The notes under the pieces were generated by a model. That model was given only the letters and a program-made list of their open reading frames with translations, had not been told where the DNA came from and did no database searches. This document shows, piece after piece, positions 36,301-46,138 of a stretch of 64,000 bases of DNA. Position 1 is the first letter of the stretch. Each line of letters starts with the position of its first letter. The translations under genes and the position numbers were made by a program. The DNA is taken from assembly GCA_026936335.1 (NCBI GenBank), contig JAPMXV010000033.1, positions 204,548 to 268,547 on the forward strand. The letters are read 5' to 3'. The stretch comes from Mantamonas sphyraenae STR306 (taxonomy: Eukaryota; Protista; CRuMs).

Positions 36301-39300
36301 GGACCATCGTGGGCGAGGCTCTGCGAACGCCAGACCTGGTCAACTGCATGCTGGAATCAGGTATGGTGCGGCATTGCACGGGGCAACAGTCGTTTTTCGG
36401 CTTTCTGCGTGGAGAGGATATGTGGAGGCGATGGGCAGAGGTGACGGTGGCCGAGTTGAGTGTGGACGAGGTGTTGGCGTGGTGGCTGAGGAACATTTAC
36501 CTGCTGGACACTGGGGCGTGGTTTGAAGGATTCCGGGTGGTGTGTGCACACACTGGGACGGAAATCATGCGCGAGCGCGATGAGTACTCCGTGCCGCTGG
36601 CGAGTGCGGGGATATTGTTGGCGCGAGCTGGGATGGTGGAGGAGTTGATGTGGCTGCTGGATCGCGGTCTGTGCAAGGCGGGCATGCGTGAGCTGGGACG
36701 GGCAGCTGCAATTTTGCACCGGAGCGATGTGTTTGTGGCGCTTGCGAGGCGCGGGATGCGATGCGAGCGGAAGGTGATGGTGCGACCCATGGAAGAGGAC
36801 GGCGAAGTCAGGCGGTGTGTGGAACGTGTTCAAAAGTGCGTGGCAACGTGGAGTGAGGGCAAAGTGGGAAGCAGCGCACACTATGCTGCGGAGCAGGGCT
36901 GGGAAGATGCGCTGGCACTGTTGTTAACGGATGAGGTGCTGGCCGAGGCGGACGAGAGTTTCGGGACGGTGTTGGCCGCAGCTGTGCGCAGCGGAGAGCC
37001 TGAGATTGTGGCACAGGTATTGGAGAGAGGGGACGGGGTAGATGGGCATGCTGTGATGGAATGTGCGCTGTTGAAGGAGGAGAAGACGGCGATGGAGCTG
37101 TTCCAGACACTTGTGGAAGCAGGCGGGCGCCTGTGGTTTGGTACGGTGAACTGTGCAGATGGAGACAGGTACCACGGGGCGAGCGTATTCCATGCAGCAG
37201 TGGTGCAAGGTCACACGGAGCTTGCCGCGCTGGTGTTGGAGACGTTTGGAGACAAATGCGTGCAGCCTGTGCGCTGGGAAAGGGCTGCGGTACGGCCGCG
37301 TCCGGGAGGAATGCGTGTGGCGTTTGTGGACATTCGCGAGACGGACGTAGAGCATGAGCCGGCCGAAACTAGGTTTGCACACACGGTTTGGCTCGTTGTG
37401 CGTCACCTCGGTGTGGCTGGAGAGGCTTTGGCGGCGCAGGCGCTGGAGATGGAGGAGTGGGAGCTGTCCAAGGATGTGGAGTATGCGGCCGCAGAAGTGT
37501 ACCATGTTCTGATGAAGAATCGACTGTGGAATCTGTGCATGGAGTGTGTTAAAAAGGGAGGGATGTCCGAGATTGGGGCTCCGAAAATGGTGGAGTGGCT
37601 GTGCGCAGGTGGTAGTCCGGCGGAAGGCGAGCTGCTGGATGCGGCGTTGCAGATGGGCGATGAGACGTGGATTGAGAAGGGGCTTTGCGGAGGAGGCAAA
37701 GGCGTGTTTACACGCAAGCTGTTGCAGATGCTGCGTGACAGAGGGTCGAGTGTGCCGTGGTCGGTGGGACGTCTGGGACATGTGTGGGCCGCTGCAGATG
37801 AGGGGCAACGCCGATGGATGGCAGAGCAGCTGTGCGACGACGCGAGTGCGGCGGCAGCGGCGGTGCGGGCGGGTGTTGGCGTGGAATTGCTGAGAGGCAT
37901 GAGGCTGGAGGGTCGTTGTGTGTACACAGCTCTGGCGTATGGGCGCGTGGATGTGGTGAGAATGGCGTGGCAGGAGGGAGTGGTGTCTGTGGATGGAGAC
38001 GAGGCCGGCAGAACGTTGGTGAGCTGGGCGCTGAGTGGCGGTCGAGAGGTGTCGGCAGAGATGGTGGACCTGTTGAGACAGATGGGCGTGGACACGCACA
38101 ACAGGGCCATTGTGAAGGATGCACGCGAAATGGGATTGTTGGAGACGGCGAGGCGTCTGTATGGAGAGCCTTGGGCAGGCGCGAGTGTGTATGGATGGAT
38201 GGAGCGGCGAATGGGGAGGGAGGAAGCGTGTGAACGTTGGATGCGTTTGACGTGGAGCAAGCGTGGTGTGCTGGAGCGCTTGACGTTGCTGGACGATGTG
38301 GCTGGCATCGAGGCCGTTTTCGGAGCGGAGAGCGTGCTGGAGGAGGTGGAGAAACTGGGGTGGCCTCGAGAGGTCGCAACAAAGGCAGGCAAGCCGCTGC
38401 AGTTGGGCTTTGTGGGATGGTGGAACGACTCGGATGAGGAGGATGAGGAGGAAGAGGAGGAGGAGGAAGAAGAAGAAGATGAGAACACGGACGCAGGGAC
38501 GGTTCAAAAATGGGTTGTGGATGCGGTCAAGGCGGACAGTCCTGGCGTGCTGAGATGGATCCTGGAGCACAGCAGAGAGGTGGGGCGACATGCAGAGACG
38601 ATGTTGCAGGCTTTGCAGAGGGCGTTGGAGCTGCCACGTGCCGCATGTGTGGAGATTGTTAGCGAGAGGTTGTGCGACGACGTGGTGGTGGAGATGATGG
38701 AGACCTACGAGTTTTTGCTGCGAGACGTGTGCGAAAGCAAGTGGGGAGCGGGAGTGCTGGAGAAGCTGGGCGAGTGCGTGGGCGTGCACAACGTGTGCAA
38801 CGATGTGGTGGAGCAGAAGCTGGCGCTGGTGGCGTGGGGCGTGGGGCGATATGACACTGTGAGGCTGATGCGGATGTGGTTTGAGGAACAAGGACGGTCG
38901 GAGGAGCTGTTGACGGAGCATCTGGACACCGATTCGGTGTGGAAGCGCGGCACGGTGTACGGATTCACCGATGTGGCAATCCGACACAACCCGACAAGCA
39001 CGGAGGATCACTGGACAAGCAAGTCGGGATATCGTGGAATGCGGACAGTGTGGGACGCAGTGCGGTACCGGCAGCATCAGTCGCTTGCGGCAGTGCTTGA
39101 TCTGGAGGTTTTCGACGTGGATGCGATGCGGCACAAGATGAGCAGGGGCAAGGAGAAGGTGTCGCTACTGGAGTGGTGTGTGTGGTGCTGCAACGAAGAG
39201 GCGATGGAGCTTGTGTTGGAGAGGGGAGCCAGTGTGACGCAGAGGAGCTTGAACCTTGCCATTGAGCGTCGTTGCGAGAACGCATGGCTGACGTTGTGGC

Positions 39301-39869
39301 ACAAGGGGCAGGAGATGGGCGACGTGTTTGAGACGGACAGTGAGCACATGGAGCGGGTGCTGTTCCACGGGATGGAGCGTGTGCTGAGCGTGCTGAATGT
39401 GGAAGTGGGCCAGCAGGAGGCGTCGACGATGCTGATGGGAGGCCAGGCGGAGCTGGTGGGCAGGCTGAGCGTAAACAGCGAGTTGAACATGGAAGAGGAT
39501 GTCTGGACGCAGCAGTTTGCAAGCGACCTTGCGCTGCAGGCGGGTTTGGAAGAAGAGGCAGCGGAGAGTGCGGCCGGCAAGGAGGTTGTGCGTCCGGAGA
39601 GACCTTTTGCGGTGGATGTGTTTGTGCAGAACCGCAAGCAGGGCAACATGGATATGTTTGATTGCGTGGCAACGTGGGATGCAGACGGTCTCCGAAGGCT
39701 GCTGGAGCGTGGACGCTGGCGAGCTGTGCTTGGCAGTGTGTACGGGCAGCGGCTGTTGGAGTTTGCAGTTCAACGGCGCAGTGCGGAGTGCGTGGCGGTT
39801 TTGGGGGAGTTTGGGATGGATGTGAGTGGAGTGGAGATGGAAGAGCGAGCGTGGTGGGAGGAGGATTGA
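17136..39869 (+). CDS. Giant (~7485 aa) multidomain protein: ankyrin repeats, long helical region, Gly/Tyr repeat, CLU domain, TPR-like region, CAP-Gly, many ankyrin repeats. Exons 17136-17373 and 17650-39869
   Basis: Intron 17374-17649 joins ESALM+RAARRSRTDIMKLLLDAGAN (ankyrin). Uninterrupted 22.2-kb exon. CLU motifs VRDWNEEFQ, LHFPLMALLDYGGYR, GPVDVEGHRGTDGRYYILDTARVFPP. CAP-Gly-like GNSEGVMNGVRYFETLPGHGAFV. Ankyrin motifs GWTPLLLAC, YTALHVAL, WSALHTAA. Confidence 0.88.
18332..18395 (+). repeat. (AGC/AGT)n trinucleotide repeat encoding poly-Ser
   Basis: agcagcagtagtagt...agcagc in frame in the giant ORF. Confidence 0.9.
27024..27692 (+). repeat. Coding tandem repeat, 12 units of 54 bp (some 63 bp) encoding GGSGYGAGVGVQQLGGDV
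   Basis: GGATCCGGGTATGG recurs 12 times, mostly at 54-bp spacing. Confidence 0.95.
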
Positions 39870-39879
39870 TTGCAATGAA

Positions 39880-42800
39880 TCAGTCGAAAATGCCGCGATG
39901 GACCACGATGCCCGTGAGGGCGTAGGCGCAGCCGCTGGCAGGTTGCGCCAGGCTGACGAGGATGACCTCGATGACCGCGGCGGGTACGCTTCCTTGCTGG
40001 AACTCCTGGCGGTAGGCGTCGCGCTTCTTCTCGCGGGCTTCCTTGCATGCAGTGAAGCTTGCTCCCACGATGTCTGAGCCTTCCACGTTGTCTTCGTAGT
40101 ATTGACGTCCTGCGTCTGAGCCGCAGAGGATATCCTTCCCAATGCCAAGGAGAAGTTCGCCAGTAGACGCAATGACATTGGCGTAAAGGCGAGCGCGATG
40201 GTTGCCACTGTCGATATAGCCACCCTGGAAGACAGTCTCAGGGTCAAGGAGCTGCAGGTGCTGCTTCGCCGACGCGACGAGGTGCTGCATGAGCTCACCG
40301 ACTTGAGGGCCGGAATAGGCGTGCACGCGCAGGCCTTCGATGCACACGCGTGCATGCCAGTACTCCAGGGTGAGAACCGGGTTGCAGAAGCACAGCCGCT
40401 GAGAGACGTTGCTGACATTGGCCACGAGCTCAGGAAGTACGGTCGATGCGACGGAGATCACCTCGCCCACACGAATTGTGACTTGCTGGATGACGGTTGC
40501 AATCTGCTGCTGTGGGACGCCTTCGTCACGCCACTTGGGAATGATGCTGTTGACGAGATACATCTGCGTGGTGGCGAGGCTGATGGCGATGTACAGGCTG
40601 GCTGTGCGCTGGTAGCCGACGGACCAGATTTCCATCACGGCAGGCAATGACTGATTAATGGCCGAGACGTAATGCCAGATGACGTTTGATGGCAGGTCTG
40701 GGTTGCGCACAAGAAACTCTTCGATGGACTGTGCCTCGACCCAGGCACGGAGAGACATGGCCGGAAGGCTGACGAGGCAATCTTGTGTGTTGATGCTCCC
40801 GTCCTCAGTGGCGATGTTGATTGCCTGCTCGCAGTACGTGAGGGCTTGTTCGATGGCAGCCGCGCCAAGCATGGCAGCGTTCTCCGAGCTTTGGGACTGG
40901 TAGTAGCGCTCGATGCGTCCATGGAGGACATGCGCGTTGAGAAGGAGGACAAACGCCTTCATGCGGCCGCCGTTCATGTTGCCCCAGATCGAGCTGAGTG
41001 CACCATTGTGGGCTTCGTAGAGCTCGAGACAGGTTGAGTTGAAGGCGCGCACGTGCTGGTCGCGTTGCGTGGTCCACTGCTCCTCAGATTCCATTTCTTG
41101 TTGCAGCTGCTCGATGGTTGCGGTGAGTTGGACGGCGGCCTCGATCTCTGCACGCCAGGTGTGAACACACGTCGTGACCAGTGCGTTCAGGCTTTTCAGA
41201 AGCGGTCCCACCTTTGTCTCGAAACGGCGCACCTCGTCCTGGATGCCGCTGTGCTTGTCGTCCAGAGCAATCAGGGTATCCAGGACGTTGTCGCTCGCGT
41301 GCTCATACTTCAGCATGAGAAACTCGATGAGGTTGAGCATGACCTTGACCAGAGCCATGTTCGTGTCCATCACTTCGTACATGTAATCGTCCGCATCGAG
41401 TTCCCACTCAACCTTGGCGATGATGTCGCGTACCTTGGGGGCCAGGTCAGACACCTCTTCCCCAAGCTTCTTGGCCACCTTCCAGTGCGTAAGGTACTGG
41501 CTTCGGTTGGAGAAGATCAGCATGCGCATGACGATGGAGGTTGCGTTGAAAATGGCCAGGAAACCCATCACGGTGTCCACCTCAACATCGTCGTCAATCT
41601 GGTCCCACCCCTCGTGCACGATACTGTGCATCTCCTCAAACATCGACTCGTCAAAGAACGGACTGAGGTCGTTCCACACCGCCTGGATGCTCTGCAGCTC
41701 GCTGTCCGTGACCCCCTGAGAGGCGATGATGTTCAGCGTCGCCACTGTGAACACCATCTGTGTAAACGCGAGACGACACGACATGTTCCACTTGTCGACT
41801 TCCTTCAGGGTGTTGACCTCGGTGCTGCCAAACATCTGGCCCTCCTTCGTGTCTGCAGGCTGGTCTGTCGCGCTGGAGCTCATCCGAGGCGAAGGCTCGT
41901 TGAATGTGGCCCCGCGGTGCACCACGTCGTCTGCATCCTGCTTGTTGGCATGGATCTGTACGTTCATGTTGCGCCACTTGCGGTCGTACGTGATGACGAG
42001 CGTGTCCAGGAGCGGGACTGACGAGTTTGTGCACGAGTTGCTCATGAAGATGGGGTCGCCGAGAAGGGCGCTGCGTGTCAGGCTGTTGATCTGGGCGTTG
42101 TAAACAGCGAGGAGGTCGAACTGACGGCCCTCTGCGAGGAAGGAGTGGTAGACGTGGAGTTGGACAGGAAGCCAAAGGGCAGCCGAGGAGGATGACGAGG
42201 ATGAGGATGACGAGGATGAGGAAGAGGTAGACGAGGTGGAGGAGGACGAGGACGTGCGGATGAGAGGGGAGGTGGTGGCGGCGGCGGTCGTCGGAGGGTT
42301 GGCCATGCTGGCGGCTGTGACAACACCGGAGGGTGCGTTCGGTGTGACGGCGAGGCCAACGGCAGTGGCAGCAGTGGCGGCAGTGGCAGCAGTGGCGGCA
42401 GTGGGTGTGGAGGAGGATGAGGATGAGGACGAGGCATCTTGATCGAGCACTCCGACAGCGTCGCCTTCCCCTTCCAGGTCGCCCCAGGAGAAGCCAGTGA
42501 CGTCTGCAGCATAGGTATAGACACGCATTGTGACGCCAAGGACACGAGCACCCATGACACACGAAAACCCAATGCTGTCCCGGACAAGAGAGTACTCTGA
42601 CGGCACGAGTTTCTGCGCAATCAGCTTCTCCTGCTCCGTGACCGTGATCTTCAGGTTGCTCGAGGTGTGCACCGAGAGCTGGGCCTGACGGAAGGCCAGC
42701 CGCGCAAGCGTCATCTCAATGTCGTCCAGATCGATGTCCTTCTCGGCTGTGCTGGTGGGCCACACGTCGTCCTCGATGCCAAACTGCTGAACCAGCCGTT

Positions 42801-44001
42801 GCAGGTCGCCCGAGTCGTCCTTGGACTCCTGCACATTCAGCCCTTGCAGGGCAGTGCTCACAGCGGCCAGGACCTGTGCCTCGATGTCAGCTTCGGTCAC
42901 CTGTGCGTCTGAAGCCCCCTGCGCGTTGGAGCTGCTCTCTGTGGCAAAGGCCTGGTTCATCATCTCGCGCAGGCCGATGGCAGCCAGCGTAGAGGCAGAC
43001 TGTTCGGTATCGTTTGCCGTGGCAGGGGCTGTGCCCGGAGGAACGGGTGCACCCCCACCTGCTGCTGCCTGGGCGGCTGCCTGCGCTGCCTCGTCTTCAG
43101 CTTGCTTCTGGCGGAACCGGCCCTTCTGGCGGTCTCGGATCATGCGTGCGCCTTGGCGCAGACCCGTAAGGAGGGCGTCCCGCTTCGACATGCGCAGCAC
43201 CTCTTGGGAGACCTCGCCAGCCGGAGCCGAGGCCGCTGTGGCCATCAGGGAGTCATCCACGCGGCGCAGTTTGTGCTTGACAAGCGTGACAATGCCGCTG
43301 ATGTCGCTGACCTCAACGAGCAGCAGCGTCTGGGCATCTCTGAGGTGTGTGACAAGGAGGGTAGAGGGGGGAGGTGTGAACCAGAGGCAGAGAGGAGGGT
43401 GATGCACGCAGGCAAAAAGAGGGAAAAAAGGGGAGTATGCGCAAGAACCACGGGCAACGTACTGCAGTCGAAAGGAATACACGGACACAAGCTGGTTGTC
43501 CCTCCACATCGCAAGGACGGGCGGGTTTGTGTTGAAGAAGACCGTGTACATGGCAGTGGAGCGCTCCTCTTCAGCGAGGCGCCACGCTGACACCTGCAGA
43601 TCAGCGTCAAAGTCAAGGTACATGGTCATACGCTGGCTGTCGGAGGCCCATGTGCCCAGGATCTTTGTGAACCAGGAATAGATCTCGCCCGCGTTGGATG
43701 CGGCAAGGATCTCATCGTATTCGCCTTGATCCGCAATCAAGGTGCCCAGCTGGTTCACGTTACGCAGGATCTCTGTGGACATGTCTGTAGCATCCACGAG
43801 GACAGCGAGTTTGGGCAGATACTCGAGGAATGGGCGGACATATGAGGAGAGCTGGGTGTGCACCTGCTTGGCCCTCTGGATCTGCTCCGGGGTGGCCTGG
43901 GGCGCCGTCACACGGGATTCGCCGGCGGCAGCATTGGCATCCTGGTCTTCTTGGCCCTTGGCAGTGGGTTTCGTGTCCTTGGTGGGCTTGTTGCTGCTCA
44001 T
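39880..44001 (-). CDS. Uncharacterised ~1330-aa, mostly helical protein with central Ser/Ala/Thr low-complexity linker; probable in-frame intron 43462-43340
   Basis: Long ORF; likely start MSSNKPTKD. The 123-nt GTACGT...CTCAG segment is pyrimidine-rich and its removal gives LQDAQ. No family motif recognised. Confidence 0.75.
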   Translation of the reverse strand: MSSNKPTKDTKPTAKGQEDQDANAAAGESRVTAPQATPEQIQRAKQVHTQLSSYVRPFLEYLPKLAVLVDATDMSTEILRNVNQLGTLIADQGEYDEILAASNAGEIYSWFTKILGTWASDSQRMTMYLDFDADLQVSAWRLAEEERSTAMYTVFFNTNPPVLAMWRDNQLVSVYSFRLQYVARGSCAYSPFFPLFACVHHPPLCLWFTPPPSTLLVTHLRDAQTLLLVEVSDISGIVTLVKHKLRRVDDSLMATAASAPAGEVSQEVLRMSKRDALLTGLRQGARMIRDRQKGRFRQKQAEDEAAQAAAQAAAGGGAPVPPGTAPATANDTEQSASTLAAIGLREMMNQAFATESSSNAQGASDAQVTEADIEAQVLAAVSTALQGLNVQESKDDSGDLQRLVQQFGIEDDVWPTSTAEKDIDLDDIEMTLARLAFRQAQLSVHTSSNLKITVTEQEKLIAQKLVPSEYSLVRDSIGFSCVMGARVLGVTMRVYTYAADVTGFSWGDLEGEGDAVGVLDQDASSSSSSSSTPTAATAATAATAATAVGLAVTPNAPSGVVTAASMANPPTTAAATTSPLIRTSSSSSTSSTSSSSSSSSSSSSSSAALWLPVQLHVYHSFLAEGRQFDLLAVYNAQINSLTRSALLGDPIFMSNSCTNSSVPLLDTLVITYDRKWRNMNVQIHANKQDADDVVHRGATFNEPSPRMSSSATDQPADTKEGQMFGSTEVNTLKEVDKWNMSCRLAFTQMVFTVATLNIIASQGVTDSELQSIQAVWNDLSPFFDESMFEEMHSIVHEGWDQIDDDVEVDTVMGFLAIFNATSIVMRMLIFSNRSQYLTHWKVAKKLGEEVSDLAPKVRDIIAKVEWELDADDYMYEVMDTNMALVKVMLNLIEFLMLKYEHASDNVLDTLIALDDKHSGIQDEVRRFETKVGPLLKSLNALVTTCVHTWRAEIEAAVQLTATIEQLQQEMESEEQWTTQRDQHVRAFNSTCLELYEAHNGALSSIWGNMNGGRMKAFVLLLNAHVLHGRIERYYQSQSSENAAMLGAAAIEQALTYCEQAINIATEDGSINTQDCLVSLPAMSLRAWVEAQSIEEFLVRNPDLPSNVIWHYVSAINQSLPAVMEIWSVGYQRTASLYIAISLATTQMYLVNSIIPKWRDEGVPQQQIATVIQQVTIRVGEVISVASTVLPELVANVSNVSQRLCFCNPVLTLEYWHARVCIEGLRVHAYSGPQVGELMQHLVASAKQHLQLLDPETVFQGGYIDSGNHRARLYANVIASTGELLLGIGKDILCGSDAGRQYYEDNVEGSDIVGASFTACKEAREKKRDAYRQEFQQGSVPAAVIEVILVSLAQPASGCAYALTGIVVHRGIFD

Positions 44002-44045
44002 TTGTGTGTGTGAGCTGGCGCAGTGTCGGGCAGAGAAACGAGTTG

Positions 44046-44960
44046 ATGAAGACAACGCACAAGATTGCCATCGGCGTGGGCACGGCCGTCGGATTGGCGC
44101 TACTGTGTGCCTACATTGGCGTGCAGGCGACAAAACTGGCGGAACTCGCACGGACGCCCGTTGTCTCGTCGCAGCTGAAGGTGGAGACCAACTTTTCGAT
44201 GCCTGACATGGCGATTTTCATCACGGGAGAGCAGGGATTCCGCATGCGGCTGCGGCAGGTGTCGTTCCTGCCAGAAGGGCCGACGCATGGGGCTCAGACG
44301 AATGCGTCGCTTGGGGATGTGAGTGGAGGGGCGAGGGAAGGATGGAGTGTGGGTGGTGAGTGAGGTTGGCTGACGCAAGAGGTGAGAGTGCAGTCAGCGT
44401 GCCATGGTGACGGATATGGTGACAAGATCTGCTGTCTGTCGAATGGGCCGGTGGGCAAGGATGCACGTGCGTCGATGCTGTTTGACGTGGCGACGCTGTT
44501 TGCGGAGCCGCCGGATCCCATGGCGACAACGTTTTTGACGCTTCGCACGGCGCCACGGGGCTCGTTCAAGGACTGTGCAGCGGTGCTGGCGAACCAGACG
44601 GGCTTGATTGGGACGGATATCGTGCCGGTGCCGCTGAACGAGACGTCATACGTGAGGTTTGGGCATCGGTTTGTCCAGAACGGGACTCGGCTGACGGGGT
44701 CGACACAGGGAGTTCGGGAAGAAAGTTTCCCAATCTCTGGCCTCTCGAAAATCGGGGAATGGAGGGGTGCGAGGATTCTGGCTGCTTTCCAGCAGGCAAG
44801 CTACGAAGAGGTGACGCTGTTGCCGAGTGGGCTGTCTGTGGTGGATCTGCTGGGCCAGGTGGCCGGCCTCCTGGGCCTGTTCATCTCGTTTGCCAACGCG
44901 GTGCGGCTGACTGTGCAGGCAGCGCAGACGCGGTCGGACATGGAGAGGCCATTTCGGTGA
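44046..44960 (+). CDS. Small two-TM protein with DEG/ENaC/ASIC-like motifs (~283 aa). Exons 44046-44318 and 44382 (or 44394)-44960
   Basis: TM1, then TPVVSSQLKVETNFSMPDMAIF. C-terminal SYEEVTLLPSGLSVVDLLGQVAGLLGLFISF resembles the ASIC pre-TM2/TM2 region (YETIEQ...LLGDIGGQMGLFIGAS). Intron with GTGAGT donor and CTGAC branch point. Confidence 0.6.
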
Positions 44961-44997
44961 AAGTGTGGGAGTTTGAGTAAAAGGTGGTGAATGGGAT

Positions 44998-45204
44998 TCA
45001 TTGCGTGTGGTGTTGGTTGCTGGAGGCCTGTGTGTCCGAGTCGGCCTCCGCAGAGGCGATGCTGGCGGCAATGGCGGCGTCCATCTCTGCGTCGAGGGAA
45101 GCCTGCATGGCTTGGCGTGTGGCCTGTGCCTCACGGCGGGCCTGGCGAGCGCGCATGGCAGCCTGGATGCGCGTGGCAGCTTCGTCGAGGTCGCGACCGC
45201 TCAT
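44998..45204 (-). CDS. 68-aa peptide with IQ calmodulin-binding motif and UIM-like motif
   Basis: AATRIQAAMRARQARR fits IQxxxRGxxxR (G>A); DAEMDAAIAASIASAE fits the UIM pattern; fills the gap between two genes. Confidence 0.6.
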   Translation of the reverse strand: MSGRDLDEAATRIQAAMRARQARREAQATRQAMQASLDAEMDAAIAASIASAEADSDTQASSNQHHTQ

Positions 45205-45342
45205 GTTGGGTTGGGTTGGGTTGGGGTGGGGAGTGGGTGTGGGAGGATGGGGATGGAATGAGAGGTGGGGGGGGATAGGTTGGGAAGGGGTTTGCAGTGT
45301 CGTGTATTGCTTGTGGGTGTTGAAGAAAGCGCGAGGACTGAG

Positions 45343-46060
45343 TCACGCCGCACTGGACTCGGTCGTCTTCTTCTTGCGTGGCGGTTTGGTGCAAGGTTTA
45401 TAGTAGCAGGTGCCAAGAGAAAAGTCGGCGAGGATGTCCTTGATGACATCCATCTGCGCGTTGTCCTGCTTCTTTGCGTCGGCAGTCCAGACTTGGAGGA
45501 CAAAGTCGTGGTCGCGGACAGAAACGGAACAGCCAAGGACTGTGTCCTGCATGGGCTCGTCCAGCTGCTCACCAATAATGGCCATGAGGACATACTTCCA
45601 CGCGAGCTGGGCGTCGTCCTTGGGCACGCGGAAGGTCCACATGCCGCCGTCCTTGGTCAGGTCGTGCTCCCACACGGGCTCCACGTCAGACATCATCATA
45701 TGCAGTGTGCTGTGGAGCTCGAGCTCGTTGACCTCGGGCAGGTGGTGGTAGGCCCTCCAGAAACGCTGGAGGTGGAAACGGGGAGAAAGGAGAGGGGGGG
45801 GGAGGTCAGTTAGGACGAGGGTGGGCAGCCCGCAAAGGGGACTTGCACGGACGTACAGGGATGGAGGAGAAGGAGCAAAGGTTGGTGAGGTTGGCTTGGT
45901 ACTCTTTGTTCTTGCCACTGATGTACTTGTCGTGCCAGAAGCACCAGGTGCGCTCGAGGAGGGGAAAGTCGTTGTCGTCGGCCTCCAGCTGCTCCCGGAA
46001 GGGCGAGATGGCCTGCATGGCCAACGAAGGCGATGCAGACGCGTCGGTGGTGCTGCTCAT
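45343..46060 (-). CDS. EIF4E3: Translation initiation factor eIF4E family, class III-like. Exons 46060-45857 and 45765-45343
   Basis: TWCFWHD, EYQANL (Tyr at the W56 position), FWRAYHHL, PVWEH, GGMWTFRVPK, WKYVLMAIIGEQ, GCSVSVRDHDFVLQVW; intron 45856-45766. Confidence 0.88.
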
Positions 46061-46138
46061 GTGGGAGAGGGAGTGGAGAAAAAGGTGTGTGTGAGCCGGC
46101 GCGCTGAACGCCAACTTTACCTGGACTGACAAGTCAGA

